Of a stretch of 64,000 nucleotides of DNA, positions 9,660 through 18,636 are shown in pieces. Position numbers and translations under genes: made by a program. The number at the start of each line of letters is the position of its first letter. The first letter of the stretch is position 1. The notes under the pieces are model-generated. The model was given only the letters and a program-made list of their open reading frames with translations. It made no database searches and had not been told where the DNA came from. Location: NCBI GenBank assembly GCA_026708325.1, contig JAPOVC010000017.1, positions 13,667 to 77,666 of the forward strand, given 5' to 3'. Source of the DNA: Anaerolineaceae bacterium (GTDB taxonomy: Bacteria > Chloroflexota > Anaerolineae > Aggregatilineales > Phototrophicaceae).

Positions 9660-10050
9660 GGGAAGCGGCTTTCTCGCAGAATTCGCCGAAGACCGTCGGG
9701 AAGGCGCCCGGATTCTCTTCGACGCTGCGGCAGGGGTCGCGGCCGACGAAGGTACAGACGACGGGCACCTCCATGCACTGCGCGAGGTCCAGCACCTTGA
9801 GGAAGTAACGTTTGCTTTCGGCGCGTTCTTCAGCCTCGGGCGCCAGGTAGTTGGGGTAGTAACCCGGCGCGGAGATTTCGATGTCGCGCGCCTGCAGGTC
9901 GGTGCGGATCTCTTCCAGCCGGGCCTCGCTGACCGTGTCGGGATTGATGGCGGAGTCGGGCCAGGCGGAAAGCTCCAGCGAGGTGAAACCGGTCTCCGAA
10001 GCGAAGGCCGCCGTCTCTTCCGAATAGTCGGTGTAATATCCGGGCCGCAT
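9660..10050 (-). pseudogene. Truncated copy (N-terminal ~128 codons) of the TIM-barrel isomerase/epimerase gene
   Basis: ORF 9271..10050 begins MRPGYYTDYSEETAAFASETGFTSLELSAWPDS... and is almost identical to 6312..7259 for ~100 aa. Similarity then decays, and the ORF runs antisense into the SDR gene, where similarity ends near the SDR stop (9657). The catalytic C-terminal two thirds are missing. Confidence 0.75.
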
Positions 10051-10052
10051 CG
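9743..10052. repeat. Second copy of the 310-bp duplicated segment (see 6952..7261)
   Basis: 98.7 percent identity to 6952..7261. Identity drops to about 60 percent immediately 3' of 9743. Confidence 0.9.
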
Positions 10053-10155
10053 CGCATCTCCCCCCTGATCGTCAGGGCTCGAGTGCAACGCGGCCAGCCT
10101 GAAGTTGCAATCGCGGCGGGAGCAGACGGTTTGCGGGCAGTTGCGGACTCAATAT

Positions 10156-10183
10156 TTGACAGGCTGGCAGGGCGCGCTATGCT
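10156..10183 (+). promoter_or_regulatory. Sigma-70-like promoter candidate for the LacI-family regulator
   Basis: TTGACA (10156-10161), a 16-nt spacer, then TATGCT (10178-10183), located 30 nt upstream of the regulator ATG. Confidence 0.45.
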
Positions 10184-10186
10184 CTA

Positions 10187-10200
10187 TTGAACCGGTTCAA
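10187..10200. promoter_or_regulatory. Perfect 14-bp palindrome TTGAACCGGTTCAA, candidate LacI-family operator
   Basis: Matches the generic LacI/GalR operator pattern TGnAAnCGnTTnCA. It lies just downstream of the -10 element and upstream of the regulator start, which implies autoregulation. Confidence 0.5.
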
Positions 10201-10213
10201 TTCGCGGGCGTAC

Positions 10214-11332
10214 ATGACCACCATTCGTGAAGTGGCGCGAGAGGCAGGGGTGTCGGTCGGCACGGTCAGCAACGTGCTGAATGAGCCCGCCATCGTCTCG
10301 CCCGAAACCTGCGAACGCGTCCTGCGGGTCATGCGACAGCGCAACTACCGCCCCAGCGCCATCGCCCGCAGCCTCGCCACGGGCCGCACGCGCAGCTTCG
10401 GCCTCGTCGTTTCCAACATCTTCAACCCCTTCACCGCCGGCATCGTGCAGGGCGCCGGCGAGATCGCGCGCGAGGCCGGCTGCAGTTTGTTGATCGCCTG
10501 CGCCGAAGACGACTGCCAGGATGTGCCACGGCAGGTGCAGGTGCTGCAGCAACATTGGGTGGATGGCATCTTCCTCGCCACCCAGCCCCTGCCGGAATCA
10601 GTCTGGCGTGAGTTGCGTTTTGGCCGCACGCCGGTCGTTATCATGGACCGCGATCAGCCGCCCGTGGAAGAACACGCCAGCATCATCGGCTTTGACTGGT
10701 TCATGGCCGGCCAGCAGGCTGCCGGGCACCTCATCGGTCTCGGTCACCGACGCATCGGCTTCGTTGGCGGCATCCCCGGTCGTTCCTCCAGCGTCCAGCG
10801 CGAAAAGGGATTCCGCAGGGCGATGGCAGGTGCCGGCATCCACCTGGACGAGCGTTTGCAGCGCGACGGCGACTATTCGACCGACAGCGGTCGGCGTTGC
10901 GCCGAAGACTTGCTGGACCAGCCCCGTGACCGGCGCCCCACAGCCCTTGTGATGGGCAACGACATGATGGCGCTTGGCGCGTACGAAGCGGCCGACCTGC
11001 TGGGCCTCTCCGTTCCGCATGACCTGTCCATTACCGGCATTGACGACAATTTCTTCGTCACCCACATGGCGCCGCCCCTGACGACCGTGCACGTGCCCAC
11101 CAGGGAACTGGGGCGCGAGGGCATGCGCATGCTCGTCAGTGGCGCCGCCGGCGCGCAGCGCGTCTCGCTGCCCACGCGCCTGGTGACACGCCAGTCCACC
11201 GCTGCGCCGCCGCCGGAGTCGCTGTGGCGCGACCAGTCATCGTCCATACACAGGGTGTCGGCTGAACTGTCTGTCCCTGCCGATGCCGTGGCCCGCAGCC
11301 AGGGGAACGGGAGAAAGGAGCGCCTGACGTAA
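10214..11332 (+). CDS. LacI family transcriptional regulator
   Basis: N-terminal HTH MTTIREVAREAGVSVGTVSNVLN followed by a periplasmic-binding-protein-like sugar-binding core. ORF 10187..11332 trimmed to the first ATG. Confidence 0.85.
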   Translation: MTTIREVAREAGVSVGTVSNVLNEPAIVSPETCERVLRVMRQRNYRPSAIARSLATGRTRSFGLVVSNIFNPFTAGIVQGAGEIAREAGCSLLIACAEDDCQDVPRQVQVLQQHWVDGIFLATQPLPESVWRELRFGRTPVVIMDRDQPPVEEHASIIGFDWFMAGQQAAGHLIGLGHRRIGFVGGIPGRSSSVQREKGFRRAMAGAGIHLDERLQRDGDYSTDSGRRCAEDLLDQPRDRRPTALVMGNDMMALGAYEAADLLGLSVPHDLSITGIDDNFFVTHMAPPLTTVHVPTRELGREGMRMLVSGAAGAQRVSLPTRLVTRQSTAAPPPESLWRDQSSSIHRVSAELSVPADAVARSQGNGRKERLT

Positions 11333-11396
11333 GAGAGGACGGGAGCTGTCACAGTCCCCCGGTCGAAGAATGAATTATGGAGGCAAGGAAAGGAAA

Positions 11397-12845
11397 ATGG
11401 ACACCAAACACAGGATTTCCCGGCGCGACATGCTCAAGATGAGCGCGGCCGGTGCGGCGGGCGCGGCAGCGACCGCGCTGCCGGCCGGCATGGTTGGCGC
11501 CTCGGCGCCTTCGCAGGACGAAATTGTCCTCAATATCGATTTCCGCCAGTACGGCGTTGACGCCACCGGAGAAAACCCGGAGCAGGGCATGGCGCTGGCA
11601 GCCTTCCTCGATTCCTACAAGATGATGCACCCCCACGTGACCGTCAACCACGCGCCCATCGACCCCGGCGCCTGGGGGGACATTCAGCAGTGGGTGGCCC
11701 GTCGTCTCGTGGCCGAGGACGGCCCCGACCTGCTCTTCGGCAACTGGACCTACCTGATCGAGGACTGGATGAAGGGCGACCTCGTCGGCTGGTGGGACCC
11801 CTATCTCGAATCGCCCAATCCCTACCTCGAGGGCAACGAGAAGTGGGTCGACCAGTTCATCAAGCCCGGTGAGCGCCAATCCAACGGCCAGAGCGCCTGG
11901 CTGGGTCTCGACAACACCACGCTCTGGACCTGGTACAACCAGGATATGTTCGACGCCAACGGCTGGTCCGTGCCGACCACCTGGAGCGAACAGATCTCGC
12001 TCTACGAGGAGATCGCCGAAACCGACATCATCCCGCTGGCCACGCACTACAACCCCATTCCGCACTACGCGGTCTGGAGCTTCGACATGGTCGGCAACCA
12101 GGTGCTGCACACCGTCTTCGAGGACCTCGCCGAGGCCAGCGAGCGCGAGCCGCTGCCGGCCCAGGTGGCCGCCGGCGTGCTCGACGGTCGCTATGGCATC
12201 GACCAGGGGCCCTATCAGGACACCATCAAGCTGGTCAGTGAATGGTGGCAGTACGCCGGCGCCGGCGCCCACGGTGGCGGCGACGCGAACATCCCCTACA
12301 GTCAGTTCCTCGGTGGCCAGGCGGCGACCCGCTATACCGGCATCTGGGAAAACCGAAACCTGGATCTGGACATGCCGGGTACCGAGAATCCCTTCAGCTG
12401 GAGCGCCTTCCCCATCCCGGTCGTCGGTTCGGAACTTTCCGAACACGCGACCGGCCACGCCACGGCGGCCGTCTTCGTCGCCGGCGCCACGCTCTTCACC
12501 CTGCCGGCCTACAACAGCGGCGCCAAACGCGATGCCACCGCCGACCTGCTGATGTACATGTCGGTGCCGGAGAACCTCGCGCCTTTCATCGCCGAGTTCA
12601 AGGGCTTCGTGCCCAACATCAAGAATACGCCGCTGCCGTCCACGCTGGCCGGTTTCGCCGTGCCCAACGACGCCACCTACTGGTACGTCAACAGCTGGGG
12701 CGGCACCCACATCACCCAGGAAGCGCGCGACGCATGGGCGCGCACCTGGCAGCTCGTCCTGCTGGACGCCATGTCCTGGGACGAGTTCACCGAGAATCTG
12801 CAGGCCGAGCTGGTCAAGGCGGCCGAGGACACGCTCGGAGCGTAG
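11397..12845 (+). CDS. ABC sugar transporter substrate-binding protein (family 1) with a Tat-type signal
   Basis: MDTKHRISRRDMLKMSAAGAAGAAATALPAG is a twin-arginine-like signal. AAGGAAAGGAAA RBS upstream. About 480 aa, followed by two sugar permease genes. Confidence 0.85.
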   Translation: MDTKHRISRRDMLKMSAAGAAGAAATALPAGMVGASAPSQDEIVLNIDFRQYGVDATGENPEQGMALAAFLDSYKMMHPHVTVNHAPIDPGAWGDIQQWVARRLVAEDGPDLLFGNWTYLIEDWMKGDLVGWWDPYLESPNPYLEGNEKWVDQFIKPGERQSNGQSAWLGLDNTTLWTWYNQDMFDANGWSVPTTWSEQISLYEEIAETDIIPLATHYNPIPHYAVWSFDMVGNQVLHTVFEDLAEASEREPLPAQVAAGVLDGRYGIDQGPYQDTIKLVSEWWQYAGAGAHGGGDANIPYSQFLGGQAATRYTGIWENRNLDLDMPGTENPFSWSAFPIPVVGSELSEHATGHATAAVFVAGATLFTLPAYNSGAKRDATADLLMYMSVPENLAPFIAEFKGFVPNIKNTPLPSTLAGFAVPNDATYWYVNSWGGTHITQEARDAWARTWQLVLLDAMSWDEFTENLQAELVKAAEDTLGA

Positions 12846-12971
12846 CCAACAGGGCGCCCAGGGGGCGGGGCCTGGCCCCGTCCCCCGGGCGCCTGCAACA
12901 CCGGTCGCACCGGTTCCGCGACCTTCGTGTCGCGGAGCCGGTGCCGGCCCCTTATCTGACAGGGGGTTCCC

Positions 12972-13916
12972 GTGCAGAAGCAGACTGCAGCGGCCACCAG
13001 CATGCCGCAGCCATCCACCCGACGCGTACTCTTCTGGCGCAACACCTTCACGGCCTGGCTCTTCCTGGTCCCCACTTTCGTCCTGCTCTTTCTCTTTTCC
13101 TATTTCCCCGCGGTGTCAGCCCTCTATCATTCACTCACCAACTGGACAGGGCTCTACCCCGCAGAAAACTTCGTTCTTTTGGAAAACTTTGAAGAATTAA
13201 TCAGCGACCGCACGGTGCGGGCCTCCATGAACAACATGGCCATCGTGATGGTCTGGTCGCTTTTTTCCTCCGTGATTCCGGCCCTGCTGGTCGCCGTCAT
13301 GATCGACTCCCTGCGCAGCGACCGCGCCCAGTACTGGTATCGCCTGCTCTTTGTTGCCCCCATCGTCGTCCCCCTGGTCGTCACCCTTAACGTCTGGAGT
13401 TTCATTTACGATCCGGACATCGGCCTGGTCAAAACCATCTTTGACGCCAACGGCTGGGAGTTGCAGACGCGCATGCTGGGCGACCCCAAATACGCCATTT
13501 TCTTCCTGGTCGCCATCGGCTTCCCCTGGGTTTCCGGCGTCAACGTCCTCATTTTCCTCGCCGGTCTGCAGGCCATTGATCAGGAGATTCGCGATTCGGC
13601 CCAGCTGGACGGCGCCACCGGCTTCCGCCGTTTTCTGTACATTGACCTGCCGCTGCTGCTCGGCCAGATCAAGCTGATCGGTATCCTCGCCGTCATTAAC
13701 GGCATCCAGGGCTTCCACGCCCAGTTCATTCTCACGCGCGGCGGCCCCGGCTACGCCACCATGGTGCCCGGCATGTGGATGTACATTCAGGGCTACAACT
13801 ACTATCGCATGGGTTATTCCTCGGCGATTGGCTCCGTCATGTTCATTCTCATCCTCATGCTTTCCATGTTTATCCTGCAGCGCTTCCGCTCCCCGGCCGA
13901 GTACGTGGCTGAATAG
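12972..13916 (+). CDS. ABC sugar transporter permease (MalF/UgpA-like)
   Basis: 314 aa with 6 predicted TM segments and an EAA loop (IRDSAQLDGATGFRRFLYIDLPLL). GTG start preceded by AGGGGG. Confidence 0.85.
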   Translation: MQKQTAAATSMPQPSTRRVLFWRNTFTAWLFLVPTFVLLFLFSYFPAVSALYHSLTNWTGLYPAENFVLLENFEELISDRTVRASMNNMAIVMVWSLFSSVIPALLVAVMIDSLRSDRAQYWYRLLFVAPIVVPLVVTLNVWSFIYDPDIGLVKTIFDANGWELQTRMLGDPKYAIFFLVAIGFPWVSGVNVLIFLAGLQAIDQEIRDSAQLDGATGFRRFLYIDLPLLLGQIKLIGILAVINGIQGFHAQFILTRGGPGYATMVPGMWMYIQGYNYYRMGYSSAIGSVMFILILMLSMFILQRFRSPAEYVAE

Positions 13917-13940
13917 GCGCCCGGCGCAGGAGGTCCTTGC

Positions 13941-14804
13941 ATGACTTCAACCGCAATGTTGCAAAGAGAACTCACCTTGCGGGAACGACTTCGCAAGGCC
14001 GGCTGGACGCAGCACGTCACGCTCGGCGTCCTGCTGGCGCTGACCTTCTATCCCATCGTGTTGATGCTGCTCTTTTCCGTAAAGGACAACACGCAATTCG
14101 TCGTGCAACGTTACGAATTGTCCTTCCCGCTGCATTTCTCCAACTTTCCGCGCGCATGGGGTGGCAACCTTTTCTATTACATCATCAACTCGGTGGCCTA
14201 CGTCCTCGGCGGCCTGTTACTGACCATGGTGCCGGCGGTGCTGGCCGCCTATTCCTTTGCGCGTATCAAGTTCTTTGGCAGAAACGTCCTTTTTTATATG
14301 GTCATCAGCCTCTTCATGATCCCCTGGATCCTGATTCTGCTGCCGGCCTTTTACCTGGTGATCGACCTCGGAATCCTCAGCACCCGTCAGGCTTTCTGGC
14401 TCTCCTACGGCGCCTGGGGTCTGCCCTTCGCCATTTTCGTGCTGCGCACCTTTTTCGCCGGTCTGCCGGAAGACCTCTTCGAATCGGCCCGCGTCGACGG
14501 CGCGCGCGAGGCGCGCATTCTCTGGTCCATTGTGCTGCCGCTTTCCAGGCCGATCGTCGGCACCCTGGCCCTGCTGCAGACCTACAGCATCTGGAACGAC
14601 ATCATCTGGGCCACCACCATCAACGTGAACCCCGCTCTCAAGCCAATCATGGTGGGTCTGATGCAGTTCACCGGCCTTTACCGCACCCAGTACGGACCGC
14701 TCAACGCCGGTTACGTCATCGCCTCCATACCCATGCTCTTGCTCTTCGCCTTCACCAGCCGGCTCTTCGTGCGCGGCATGATGTCCGGCGCCATACGAAT
14801 GTAA
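13941..14804 (+). CDS. ABC sugar transporter permease (MalG/UgpE-like)
   Basis: 287 aa with an EAA loop (LFESARVDGAREARILWSIVLPLSRP). AGGAGG RBS at 13928-13933. Confidence 0.85.
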   Translation: MTSTAMLQRELTLRERLRKAGWTQHVTLGVLLALTFYPIVLMLLFSVKDNTQFVVQRYELSFPLHFSNFPRAWGGNLFYYIINSVAYVLGGLLLTMVPAVLAAYSFARIKFFGRNVLFYMVISLFMIPWILILLPAFYLVIDLGILSTRQAFWLSYGAWGLPFAIFVLRTFFAGLPEDLFESARVDGAREARILWSIVLPLSRPIVGTLALLQTYSIWNDIIWATTINVNPALKPIMVGLMQFTGLYRTQYGPLNAGYVIASIPMLLLFAFTSRLFVRGMMSGAIRM

Positions 14805-14813
14805 GGATACGCC

Positions 14814-15488
14814 ATGCGCAGGGACCGCATCATCGAGTTGAGCCATCGCATGACGCCGGGGGAAGGCTATTTCGGACTGGCTGCCCAGGTGCGCGACGTC
14901 ACCGAAATCCTGCCCGAGGTCGTGCATCGCGACGACATCTGGTACGTCATCGGCAACGTGCAGTTCAGCACCCACACATTCACCCACATCGAGGTGCCCT
15001 TCCACCACTGGGAAACCGGCGACGACCTCGCCGACTACCCCCTGCAGAACCTGATCGGCACGGCCGTGGTGCTGGATTTCTCGCACAAGGAACACCTGGA
15101 GGCCATCACGCTCGAGGAGGTACAGGCCCACGCCGACCGCCTGCAGGACGTCGACATGATCTTCCTGCGCACCGACATGGACAAGAATTTCTTCGGCGAG
15201 CTCTGGAATGACCAGCCCTACCTGACCGAGGAAGCGCTCAACTGGCTGGTGGCGCAGGGGCCGACGGTCATCGGCACGGACGCCGCCGGATTCGAGGTGC
15301 CCGGCACGGACTACCAGCCCAACCACCTCACCATGTTCAGGAACGGCCTCGCCATGGTCGAATCCTGCACCAACCTCGCCGCCGTCGGCGAGCAACGCGT
15401 CACCGTCTTCATCCTGCCCCTGCCCATCGTCGGGGTCGAGGCCTGTCCGGTGCGCATCATCGCCTTCCCCGAAGGAGACATTTCGTGA
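14814..15488 (+). CDS. Cyclase-family protein (kynurenine-formamidase-like fold, PF04199-type)
   Basis: 224 aa. HTFTHIEVPFH resembles the HxGTHxDxPxH metal motif of putative cyclases, and GTDAAGFE is consistent with the family. Confidence 0.65.
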   Translation: MRRDRIIELSHRMTPGEGYFGLAAQVRDVTEILPEVVHRDDIWYVIGNVQFSTHTFTHIEVPFHHWETGDDLADYPLQNLIGTAVVLDFSHKEHLEAITLEEVQAHADRLQDVDMIFLRTDMDKNFFGELWNDQPYLTEEALNWLVAQGPTVIGTDAAGFEVPGTDYQPNHLTMFRNGLAMVESCTNLAAVGEQRVTVFILPLPIVGVEACPVRIIAFPEGDIS

Positions 15489-16453
15489 GCGACAATGAAC
15501 AGTTGATGGAACTCTACACGCAGCTGCTGGTGCTGCGTCACTTCGACGAGTTCTGTTACGACCTCAAGATGAAGGACCTCATCATGAACGGCTTCCACCC
15601 CTACAGCGGGCAGGAAGCCGTGGCCGTCGGCGTCTGTTCGCTGCTGCGCGAGGACGACGTGGTGTTTTCCACGCATCGCCCGCAGGGGCACTCGATCGCC
15701 AAGGGCAGCAGTACGCGGGCGGTCTTCTGCGAAATGCTGGGACGCCGCGGCGGCGTCAGCCAGGGCATCGGCGGCCCCATGCAGTGGATCGACAAGCCCC
15801 ACAACTTCTTCTGCGGCAGCATCGTCGGCAGCGGCCTGCCCATCGCCGCCGGCGTGGCCCTCGCCTTCAAACGCCAGGCGCGCGACAGCGTCGCCGTCTG
15901 CTTCTTCGGTGACGGCGCATCCAACACCGGCGCCTTCCACGAGGGGATGAACCTGGCCGCCATCTGGAAGCTGCCGGCGCTCTACATCTGCGAGAACAAC
16001 CAGTATGGCGAGGCCATGCCGGTGCAGGAATTCGTGCCGGTGTCGCGCATCTCGCAGCGCGCCACCTCTTACGGCCTGAACGGCGTTTCCGTCGACGGCA
16101 TGGACGTCGAGGCCGTCCTGAACGCCACTGCCGACGCCCTTGAGCAGCTGCGCGCCGGCCAGGGTCCGGTCTTCATCGAGATGGTGACCTACCGCTTCCG
16201 CGGCCATTACGGCGGCGACCCCGAGCACACCTATCGCAGCCGCGAGGAAATCGCCGTCTGGCGCAATCGCGATCCGCTCACCCTGGCGCGCACCCGTCTG
16301 CTGGCCCGCGGCTACAGCGAGGAGACACTCGACGACCTGGAGGCCAGCGTGCAGGCGGAAATCGAGGGTGACATGGAATGGGCGCTGGAGCAACCCTTCC
16401 CCACGGTTGAGCAGGCCACCGACCACGTGATGATCCCCCTGGGACAGGACTGA
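15485..16453 (+). CDS. Thiamine-diphosphate-dependent 2-oxoacid/acetoin dehydrogenase E1 component, alpha subunit
   Basis: GDGASNTGAFHEGMNLAAIWKLPALYICENNQYG is a TPP-binding motif, and YRFRGH is present. GTGA overlap with the cyclase stop. Confidence 0.85.
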   Translation: MSDNEQLMELYTQLLVLRHFDEFCYDLKMKDLIMNGFHPYSGQEAVAVGVCSLLREDDVVFSTHRPQGHSIAKGSSTRAVFCEMLGRRGGVSQGIGGPMQWIDKPHNFFCGSIVGSGLPIAAGVALAFKRQARDSVAVCFFGDGASNTGAFHEGMNLAAIWKLPALYICENNQYGEAMPVQEFVPVSRISQRATSYGLNGVSVDGMDVEAVLNATADALEQLRAGQGPVFIEMVTYRFRGHYGGDPEHTYRSREEIAVWRNRDPLTLARTRLLARGYSEETLDDLEASVQAEIEGDMEWALEQPFPTVEQATDHVMIPLGQD

Positions 16454-16458
16454 ACGCC

Positions 16459-17433
16459 ATGGCACGCATGAGTTACCGGGACGCCATCCGCGAGACCACT
16501 GCGGAGGAACTGCGCCGCGATGACAGCGTCTATTTGATCGGCGAGGACGTCGGCCGCTGGGGCAACCTCTTCGGCGCTTCCGCCGGCCTGCTGGAGGAAT
16601 TCGGGCCGGAGCGCATCTGCGACTCGCCGATTTCCGAGGCGGCCATGACCGGCTGCGCGATTGGCAGTGCGCTCTACGGCATGCGCCCCATCGCCGAAAT
16701 CATGTACATCGACTTCATCACCATCGCCATGGACCAGATGATCAACCACGGCGTGAAGTACCACCAGCTTTCCAACGGCCAGGTGCGCGTGCCGGTGGTC
16801 TTCCGCACCCAGGGCGGCGTGGGCATGCGCAACTCCTCGCAGCACTCGCAAAGCCTTGAGAACTGGTTCGTCAACGTGCCCGGCCTGATCGTCGTTATGC
16901 CCTCCACCCCCGCCGACCTCTGCGGCCTGCTGCGCTCCGCCGTGCGCAGCGATAACCCGGTGCTGCTGATCGAGCACAAGTCGCTCTATTTCACGCGCGG
17001 CGAGGTGCCGGAGGGCGATTACACGATTCCCTTCGGCGTGGCCGATATCAAGCGCGCCGGCGAGGACGTCACCATCATCGCCACCTCCTGGATGGTGCTG
17101 CAGGCGCTCGCCGCCGCCAGGACTTTGGCCGACGAGGGCATCTCCTGCGAAGTCATCGACCCGCGCACGCTTTGGCCGCTGGACAAACAGGCCCTGATCG
17201 ACTCGGTGAAGCGGACGAAACATTGCGTCGTCGTCACCGAGGCGCCCGCCGAGGGCGGCTGGAGCGGCGAGGCCGCCAGCGTCGTTCACGAGCATTGCTT
17301 TGCGGAGTTGCGCAAGCCCGTTCGCCGCGTCTGCGGCATGCGCACCGGCATCCCGTACGGCAGCGATCTTGAAAAGGCCGTGGTGCCCGACGCCTCCTGG
17401 ATTGGCGACGCCGTGCGCGACGTGCTCGCCTGA
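16459..17433 (+). CDS. 2-oxoacid/acetoin dehydrogenase E1 component, beta subunit
   Basis: 324 aa. MSYRDAIRETTAEELRRDDSVYLIGEDVG and SPISEAAMTGCAIGSALYGMRPI are typical of the transketolase-like pyrimidine-binding and C-terminal domains. Confidence 0.9.
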   Translation: MARMSYRDAIRETTAEELRRDDSVYLIGEDVGRWGNLFGASAGLLEEFGPERICDSPISEAAMTGCAIGSALYGMRPIAEIMYIDFITIAMDQMINHGVKYHQLSNGQVRVPVVFRTQGGVGMRNSSQHSQSLENWFVNVPGLIVVMPSTPADLCGLLRSAVRSDNPVLLIEHKSLYFTRGEVPEGDYTIPFGVADIKRAGEDVTIIATSWMVLQALAAARTLADEGISCEVIDPRTLWPLDKQALIDSVKRTKHCVVVTEAPAEGGWSGEAASVVHEHCFAELRKPVRRVCGMRTGIPYGSDLEKAVVPDASWIGDAVRDVLA

Positions 17434-17446
17434 CTGCGGAGGGCGT

Positions 17447-17683
17447 ATGCCACAATTCATGATGCCCATGCTGGGCCATCTGATGGAGGAAGGCACCGTC
17501 GCCGAGTGGCGCGTTCAGCCCGGCGACCAGGTGCGCCGCGGAGACATCCTCTGCGAGATCGAGACCGACAAGACCAACGTCGAGGTCGAATCACCCTTCA
17601 CCGGCAGGCTGGAGCAGATCCTCGTCCCGGCCGGTGAAACGGTCGAGGTCGGCGCGCCCCTGGCCAACTACGAGGCGGACTGA
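17447..17683 (+). CDS. Stand-alone lipoyl-attachment domain protein (E2 lipoyl domain only, 78 aa)
   Basis: MPQFMMPMLGHLMEEGTVAEWRVQPGDQVRRGDILCEIETDKTNVEVESP contains the canonical ETDK lipoyl-lysine motif. The ORF stops after the domain, so there is no E1/E3-binding or acyltransferase domain. Confidence 0.8.
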   Translation: MPQFMMPMLGHLMEEGTVAEWRVQPGDQVRRGDILCEIETDKTNVEVESPFTGRLEQILVPAGETVEVGAPLANYEAD

Positions 17684-17685
17684 CC

Positions 17686-18636
17686 GTGGCCGCAATGCGC
17701 GTGCTCTCCATGGGCAACATGCTGGTCGAGATCATGCGCCCGCAACTTGACGCGCCGCTCGATCAGCCCGGCGCCTTTGAGGGCCCCTTTCCCAGCGGCG
17801 ACACCGTCATCTACATCGGCCAGGTGGCCCGTCTCGGCCTGCCCGCCAGTTACATCGGCGCGGTCGGCGACGACGACTTCGGCGATTGCCAGCTGCGTCG
17901 CCTCCATGCCGATGGCGTCGATTGTTCGCAGGTCCGGGTCCTGCCGCAATACAGCACCGGCGTGGCCTTCAATGCCCGCTTCAGCGATGGTGGTCGACGC
18001 TTTCTCTTCCACTGGCGCCACGCCGCCTCCGGTCAACTGGCGCCCGAGTACGTCGATACGGCAGCCCTGGCCGACGTGAGCTGGTTGCACCTCAGTGGCT
18101 GCAACCTGGCCATCTGCGAGTCGGCACGCGCGGCCTGCTTACACGCCATGGACTCCCTGCCGGCCGCTGCCCAACTCAGCTTCGACCCCAACATCCGTCC
18201 CGAAGTGCTCAGCGTCGAAGAAATCCGTGAACTCTGTCAGCCGGTGATCGAGCGCGCCAACCTCATCCTGCCCAGCGCCGGCGAGGCCGCCATGCTCACC
18301 GGAGCCGCGGACGACGAGAGCGGCTGTCGCCAATGGGCAGGGCAGGGCAAGCTGGTGGCCCTGAAGCAGGGTGAGGCCGGCTGCACCCTGTACCAGGGCG
18401 ATGAACGCCTTCAGGTGCCCGCCTTCCCGGCTGACGAAGTCGATGCCACCGGCGCCGGCGACAGTTTTGCCGCCGCCCTGACCGTCGCCCTGCTGGAGGG
18501 CATGCCCCTGGCGCAGGCCGGCCGTTTCGCCAATGCCGTCGGCGCCCTCGCGGTCACCCGCATGGGTCCCATGGAAGGGTCGCCCACACGGGCCGAGGTC
18601 GAAGCCTTCATTCGCGGACAGGAGGTCATGGCATGA
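17686..18636 (+). CDS. PfkB-family carbohydrate kinase
   Basis: GAVGDDDFG near the N-terminus and the DATGAGDSFAAAL anion-hole motif near the C-terminus. An alternative ATG start lies at 17695. Confidence 0.85.
   Translation: MAAMRVLSMGNMLVEIMRPQLDAPLDQPGAFEGPFPSGDTVIYIGQVARLGLPASYIGAVGDDDFGDCQLRRLHADGVDCSQVRVLPQYSTGVAFNARFSDGGRRFLFHWRHAASGQLAPEYVDTAALADVSWLHLSGCNLAICESARAACLHAMDSLPAAAQLSFDPNIRPEVLSVEEIRELCQPVIERANLILPSAGEAAMLTGAADDESGCRQWAGQGKLVALKQGEAGCTLYQGDERLQVPAFPADEVDATGAGDSFAAALTVALLEGMPLAQAGRFANAVGALAVTRMGPMEGSPTRAEVEAFIRGQEVMA

Noticed and set aside
11349-12710. 453-aa minus-strand ORF
   Set aside because: Antisense to the Tat-signal sugar-binding protein gene.
13937-15211. 424-aa plus-strand ORF overlapping the second permease and the cyclase gene
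   Set aside because: It is out of frame with two well-supported genes that have proper RBS sequences. The translation is Arg/His/Pro-rich.
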